Shown one piece after another: positions 26,887 through 31,694 of a stretch of 31,694 nucleotides of DNA. Within the stretch, counting starts at the first letter, position 1, and the number at the start of each line of letters is the position of its first letter. The position numbers were made by a program, and so were the translations under genes. Source of the DNA: Candidatus Hodarchaeota archaeon (GTDB lineage Archaea > Asgardarchaeota > Heimdallarchaeia > Hodarchaeales > Hodarchaeaceae); NCBI GenBank assembly GCA_016839785.1, contig JAEOTQ010000200.1, forward strand, positions 1-31,694, written 5' to 3'. The notes under the pieces are model-generated. The model did no database searches. It was not told where the DNA came from and saw only the letters and a list, made by a program, of their open reading frames with translations.

Positions 26887-27954
26887 GTGGAAGAAATGAG
26901 TAATACCAGTGCAAAGGGTAAGGATTTCACAAGCGATGAAATCACCTATGAAATGCTTGATGTGAGTGATATCGCTCGAGCATATCAACAAATCATGGGG
27001 GAAATCCGGAAAGTATACATTGGAAGAACTGAAATATTTGAAATGCTTTGGATAGCAATGCTAACTGGAAAACATGTGTATTTAGAAGGGGTTCCAGGAA
27101 TTGGAAAGACGTATATGGCCAATACATTCTCTCAATGTCTTGGTGCTGATTTCAGTCGTGTCCAATTTACTCCTGACATGCTTCCATCGGATATTGTCGG
27201 TACAAATATATTTAATCCAAAAACAGGGACATTTCGGCTAAAAAAAGGTCCCATCTTTGGCAATGTCATACTAGCTGACGAAGTAAACAGAGCTCCACCT
27301 AAAACTCAATCTGCAATGCTTGAAGCAATGGGCGAAGGACAAGTGACAATAGAAGGAGAAACACACAAATTAGAAAAGCCATTTGTGGTCTTAGCTACTG
27401 CGAATCCAGTTGAACAAGAAGGAACATATCCTTTACCTGAAGCTCAACTTGACCGATTTATGATTAAGGTGATTATACATCATTCATCACCAGATGATGA
27501 ATTACGGATCATAAAATTCAAAAATGAGCCAATTCCAGCTAAGATTAAACAGGTGGTCTCACCTCAGACAATCGTGGCCATGATGGATGTAGTCAAGCGT
27601 GTTTATGTGTCTCCAGAAATCTTGGAAATGATACGGGATATCACGGTTTCTACACGTACAGATCCACGATTAATTCTAGGGTGCTCTCCCCGAGGAAGTG
27701 AAAGTCTATTACTTTCAGGAAAATCACGAGCGGCTATTCATGGACGTGATTTCGTGATTCCAGACGATGTTATACTTATGATTCCGCATATCGTACATCA
27801 TCGTCTTATCCTTAAGCCTGAAGCTGAACTAGAAGGAATCACCCAAATCCGAATTTCAGAGGATGTACGGGATAGTCTAACCATCCCAGTAGATCCTGTT
27901 GAAGAAGAAATGGTATATGAAGAATATATAGAAGAAATCGAGGATGATGAATAA
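26887..27954 (+). CDS. moxR: MoxR-family AAA+ ATPase
   Basis: EGVPGIGKT, RVQFTPDMLPSD, LADEVNRAPPKTQSA, NPVEQEGTYPLPEAQLDRF; acidic tail. Confidence 0.95.
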   Translation: MEEMSNTSAKGKDFTSDEITYEMLDVSDIARAYQQIMGEIRKVYIGRTEIFEMLWIAMLTGKHVYLEGVPGIGKTYMANTFSQCLGADFSRVQFTPDMLPSDIVGTNIFNPKTGTFRLKKGPIFGNVILADEVNRAPPKTQSAMLEAMGEGQVTIEGETHKLEKPFVVLATANPVEQEGTYPLPEAQLDRFMIKVIIHHSSPDDELRIIKFKNEPIPAKIKQVVSPQTIVAMMDVVKRVYVSPEILEMIRDITVSTRTDPRLILGCSPRGSESLLLSGKSRAAIHGRDFVIPDDVILMIPHIVHHRLILKPEAELEGITQIRISEDVRDSLTIPVDPVEEEMVYEEYIEEIEDDE

Positions 27955-28000
27955 CGAAATATTCTCATCAACTGTATGGAGTGTAAAGGTGTATCCTTGA

Positions 28001-29470
28001 ATGCTTTCGTCTCGTGGTGCTTTTATCGCTATTGGAGGAATCGTACTTCTTTCGATTGGACTGAGTGCAAAGGGAATTGGAACAGTTACGACTATGGTTC
28101 CCATTCTTTTTAGTGGTGAGGGATTAATTCAACAATCAGGCAATCAAACTGCAAGTGGTTTACCTGAAGGAATGGAATTTCTCGAAGCTTTTGAGATATT
28201 GAACAGCTCTCCGATTGTTGATTACAGTATGTTTTTAGGAACATTATTGATTTTAGCTAGCGTCATTGGATTACCACTTTTTAGAAGATCTGCAAACGCT
28301 TCATTAATCCGAGTTACACGTATGGTAGATCGAGAAAAAGCTTTTGCGGGGGAGTACGTTCATGTAACAGTTCGAGTAGAAAACACTGGCAAAAAAAGAA
28401 TGGATTTTCTAGAAGTCTATGACGCAATTCCCGACATGTTTGAGATAGTTTTAGGTGAGAACTTCATTATAACTCAATTAGCTGGTCGTGAAGCAAAAGA
28501 GTTTTCTTATATAATTCAGGTCAGTACGAGGGGAGTGTACCAGATAGGGCCTGTAAAAGTAATCATTCATGATCGATTAGGCTTTTATTTTGAAGAAGAT
28601 GTAAGACATTTTTATACTGAAGTGTTATGCTATCCATCTTACGAAGATATTCGTAGAATGGAGGCCTTGAGCAAGCGAAGGCAACAGGGTAAAATGTTTG
28701 GTGCCCATAAAACAAGGCAAAAAGGCATGGGAGATGATTTCCATTCTCTTGCACGTTATTATCCTGGAGCTCCATTCAAATCCTTGGATTGGAAAGCTTT
28801 TAGCCGTACAGGAGAGTTAATGGTACGGGAGTTTGAGGCTGAGAAGAACATTCGAATTGTACTATTTCTCGACCACAGTGGCAGTATGGGAGCTGGTATT
28901 CCGTATAATACGAAATTAGATTTTGCAATCCGGTCAGTGATGCTAGTTATGAAGATGGCTGAAGAACGTCAAGATCTTTTTGGACTGGTTACATATGCGG
29001 ATAGACCCACATCTTTTTTACCTCCTGGGGGTAGTAAATCGATGTTCCATCAACTTCTTGAAATTCTCGCATTGGTGGAACCAGAAGGTCGCTCTGATCC
29101 TCTTGCCGCAGTCGACTATGTCATGCAAAGATTACCAAGAGCATCATTTTACGTTTTCATTACGGATTTAGAATCTTCGGATTCAGAGATTTTTACTGAG
29201 GCCGCTAAACGAGCACGTTCCACTAAAAATAAAATAACAGTAATTTCACCTTTTGGCCCATTATTTGAAGCAAAACTAACTGACTTATCAACAACTGAAA
29301 GAGCTATCGCTGAAGCAATCTTTGAAGAATATTTAGGATATCGTAAACAGGTAGAAGATAGCTTGAGAGGTCTGGGAGTAGAAATCATCAACGTTGGTCC
29401 TGATGATATTCTCCCTAATGTAATCAAGACATATATGAAAGGAAAACAAGCTGGAAAAGGTTCGGTGTAA
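28001..29470 (+). CDS. DUF58 family protein with vWA/MIDAS domain
   Basis: Two N-terminal TMs, RGVYQIGP...DRLGF, DFHSLARYYPG..F..LDWKA..RTGELMVREFE, MIDAS DHSGS. Confidence 0.9.
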   Translation: MLSSRGAFIAIGGIVLLSIGLSAKGIGTVTTMVPILFSGEGLIQQSGNQTASGLPEGMEFLEAFEILNSSPIVDYSMFLGTLLILASVIGLPLFRRSANASLIRVTRMVDREKAFAGEYVHVTVRVENTGKKRMDFLEVYDAIPDMFEIVLGENFIITQLAGREAKEFSYIIQVSTRGVYQIGPVKVIIHDRLGFYFEEDVRHFYTEVLCYPSYEDIRRMEALSKRRQQGKMFGAHKTRQKGMGDDFHSLARYYPGAPFKSLDWKAFSRTGELMVREFEAEKNIRIVLFLDHSGSMGAGIPYNTKLDFAIRSVMLVMKMAEERQDLFGLVTYADRPTSFLPPGGSKSMFHQLLEILALVEPEGRSDPLAAVDYVMQRLPRASFYVFITDLESSDSEIFTEAAKRARSTKNKITVISPFGPLFEAKLTDLSTTERAIAEAIFEEYLGYRKQVEDSLRGLGVEIINVGPDDILPNVIKTYMKGKQAGKGSV

Positions 29471-29475
29471 TCAAA

Positions 29476-30861
29476 ATGGCAACTAGTCAAAGTGCAGCAT
29501 ATTTCTTTCGAATAATCTATGTTGTCTTGTTTATCTTTTCTGGCTACCTAGTAATTGCTAGTATTGATCCAGCAATGTTTGATTTCACGAAAGTTTTTGA
29601 AATTTTAAATTATATTATGCTGATAGTTCAAGGCCTCATCAGTGCACTGGGAGGAATTGCAAAAATAATTACTAATTCCATCCTCTCAGGTAAAGCATCT
29701 ATTCCGATCCTTGGAAGTATCATCGGAGATCCAAGCTTAGGTACTATTAATGTTGGTGATATTGAGCAAATGCTTGCAGCAATTTTCAATCCTTCTAATG
29801 GATTTTTTCCTCATTCTACCATTGATCTTACTACAGTGGATATTATTCAAGACTTCTCTATATTCATTGGTGCAACAACAATCTTATTTTTGTTACCAGT
29901 TGCTTTTTTCTCAGGAATAGGCTTCCTTCGTGAAGGAGATACAAAATTAGCTATTTATTCATTCTTAGGTTTCCAAATGATATTGATAGTTGCAATCTTT
30001 ACTCAGAACATCAAGATTTCAACAGAGATTGATACAAGTTCAATACCATCCATGATTTTCAGTCCTATCTTTACTTTGGGCTTTTTGTTATATCTCCTCC
30101 TAGAAGTGGCATTTCAGACCTCATATACTTTGAACATTATAGAACCAATGGCTGAGCGGGAAAAAAGAATTCAGGAACACCTTAAACGAATTCGTAGCTT
30201 TGTACCAACAGAAGAGGGTACGAAAAGTACAGAAAAATCGATACAAAGTGTTCAATCAAAGAAATTTGGCCTTTTAGCAGCAAGCTATCTTCGTGAGATG
30301 GTTGAACGACGTGTGTTCAGAAGTGGCGAAACAGTCCGAGATACGAAATCTATGATGAGATTACAGTCGTACCTGGCTAATTTACAACAAAGTGATCCTC
30401 GAACAGATATAAAATTAGCTGCACAAACAGCTCAACCAGATGCAGGCTCATTAATTAAATATTTTATTCCTACAATGATATTCCGAATTATTGCTGTAGT
30501 ACTACTTTCATATTTCGTTATGGCCCCGCAGTGGATATTAGATCTTGAAATACCAATTCTTAACATAAAACTATTTATTTTTCCAGCGCTACTTGATAGT
30601 CTTGAGTTGTCACAACCCGAATTCCAAACAATAGCAATTATGAACGTGGTCCTGATCCTAATACTTATTAGCGCCGTTCTGAATTATTTATCAGGTGGTA
30701 AAACTAGAACAGTCATGAAACGTGTTGTCCAAAGAATCGACACCCTTGTTGATTTTGATCGCTCTTCTCCGCAACCTACAGCTGCTAGCGAAATATCTGA
30801 TATAGAGAGTGCAGTAGAGGAGGAAGAATTAGTGGAAGAGGAGGAGGAAGAAGAGATATAA
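29476..30861 (+). CDS. Hypothetical polytopic membrane protein with a cytoplasmic helical loop and Glu-rich tail
   Basis: About 6-7 hydrophobic segments; starts 5 nt after the DUF58 stop. Confidence 0.8.
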   Translation: MATSQSAAYFFRIIYVVLFIFSGYLVIASIDPAMFDFTKVFEILNYIMLIVQGLISALGGIAKIITNSILSGKASIPILGSIIGDPSLGTINVGDIEQMLAAIFNPSNGFFPHSTIDLTTVDIIQDFSIFIGATTILFLLPVAFFSGIGFLREGDTKLAIYSFLGFQMILIVAIFTQNIKISTEIDTSSIPSMIFSPIFTLGFLLYLLLEVAFQTSYTLNIIEPMAEREKRIQEHLKRIRSFVPTEEGTKSTEKSIQSVQSKKFGLLAASYLREMVERRVFRSGETVRDTKSMMRLQSYLANLQQSDPRTDIKLAAQTAQPDAGSLIKYFIPTMIFRIIAVVLLSYFVMAPQWILDLEIPILNIKLFIFPALLDSLELSQPEFQTIAIMNVVLILILISAVLNYLSGGKTRTVMKRVVQRIDTLVDFDRSSPQPTAASEISDIESAVEEEELVEEEEEEEI

Positions 30862-30883
30862 TCTCCCTTTTGAGTGTGAACCT

Positions 30884-31417
30884 ATGCCTAAACTGGATCC
30901 AGAAAGTAGTGATGCACGGAAAAAGCTTAATAATAGCATTCCTGGCTATGTATGTTACGAAAAACAACCAGATAGGAAAAATTCTGATATTTCGATCAGA
31001 GAGTATTTGGAAAATCGTTTGTCAACCTGCTCAGATGATGTAAAGAAAATTCAAGAAGCTGCATTAATGAGCCAGATGATTACAACATGGTCAGACCTTG
31101 ATAGACTGGTATCTACCTTTACAGATGCAAGATATTTAATTAAAGGGTCGAAATATGGCATCAGTACATTCTTTGATTCTGGACTAATCAAAGACTTCGA
31201 CTTGGGCTATCTATATACCTTAGAAAAAACTGTCCTTGATGTAATTGATCGTTTAGATGAGAAAATAAAACAATTTGATGAATCAATTGAGAGTGGAATG
31301 CTTTCTGACAGTAGCAGGTTAACAAATGAAATTTTGGAAGATTTAAGTGCAATTCAGGATGCTTGGTTAGAAAGACAGAAACTTATAGCTGATTTTCAAA
31401 AATTAGGTCTTGTTTAA
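30884..31417 (+). CDS. Hypothetical helical protein
   Basis: 177-aa ORF with IPGY.CY....R..D...R.YL N-terminal motif and coiled-coil character. Confidence 0.75.
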   Translation: MPKLDPESSDARKKLNNSIPGYVCYEKQPDRKNSDISIREYLENRLSTCSDDVKKIQEAALMSQMITTWSDLDRLVSTFTDARYLIKGSKYGISTFFDSGLIKDFDLGYLYTLEKTVLDVIDRLDEKIKQFDESIESGMLSDSSRLTNEILEDLSAIQDAWLERQKLIADFQKLGLV

Positions 31418-31452
31418 AAAAAAAAGGGGAAAATGGAGAAATAATTTCTCAC

Positions 31453-31694
31453 TTATTTTCGGTTTAAGTACTCTGCAAAAGCAGCTAATCCTACTGCAAT
31501 TATTGCTCCGACCGCACACACAAGAAATGCGGGGGCATAGGAGGAACCTACAATGGTTGTACTACTTCCTTTAATTACATCAATGACTACTGCTGGAATT
31601 ACAGCTCCTAGAATCCCAGCTACTCCATATGCAGAAAAGACAAAACCATAATTATTTCCCACATTTTTAGTTCCAAAATAATCAGCGGTAGTTG
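31453..31694 (-). CDS. MFS transporter, OFA (oxalate/formate antiporter)-like; C-terminal part only
   Basis: Frame stays open to the window edge: TTADYFGTKNVGNNYGFVFSAYGVAGILG. Confidence 0.85.
   Translation of the reverse strand, partial: TTADYFGTKNVGNNYGFVFSAYGVAGILGAVIPAVVIDVIKGSSTTIVGSSYAPAFLVCAVGAIIAVGLAAFAEYLNRK

Noticed and set aside
1-31694. CRISPR arrays, IS elements, integrases and the remaining short antisense or nested ORFs
   Set aside because: No regularly spaced repeats, transposase or recombinase motifs seen; the small ORFs are shadows of well-supported genes.

Overview
AT-rich archaeal chromosomal segment. The gene set (archaeal histone, uL16/L10e, Pth2, Pelota, exosome-type DnaG, AMA-type AAA ATPase, CofE, BHB-intron tRNAs) plus several eukaryote-like proteins suggests an Asgard archaeon, possibly Heimdallarchaeia; this placement is inference and was not tested. 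Bases 1-18.9 kb are housekeeping genes. Bases 19.3-30.9 kb form a + strand cluster: a 1692-aa Ig-repeat surface glycoprotein, then DUF4129, DUF4350, MoxR, DUF58/vWA and a polytopic membrane protein. The most striking content is non-coding and absent from the ORF track. (1) Three box C/D guide sRNAs whose guides read against tRNA-Leu(CAA) C34, the SSU rRNA decoding-site C1402 equivalent (U43/snR70 site) and the SSU G equivalent to the U25/snR56 site. (2) Two tRNAs (Pro-GGG, Gly-CCC) that each carry a BHB intron at the non-canonical T-loop position 59/60. (3) An unassigned ~270-nt structured RNA candidate (49% GC) between coaD and dnaG. Notable proteins include an ornithine carbamoyltransferase with animal/fungal-type signatures, an Urm1-like ubiquitin-fold protein, a SNAP-like TPR protein and an FtsZ ending in an amphipathic tail. 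No mobile elements or CRISPR arrays were seen. All calls come from reading motifs by eye; no database searches were run.
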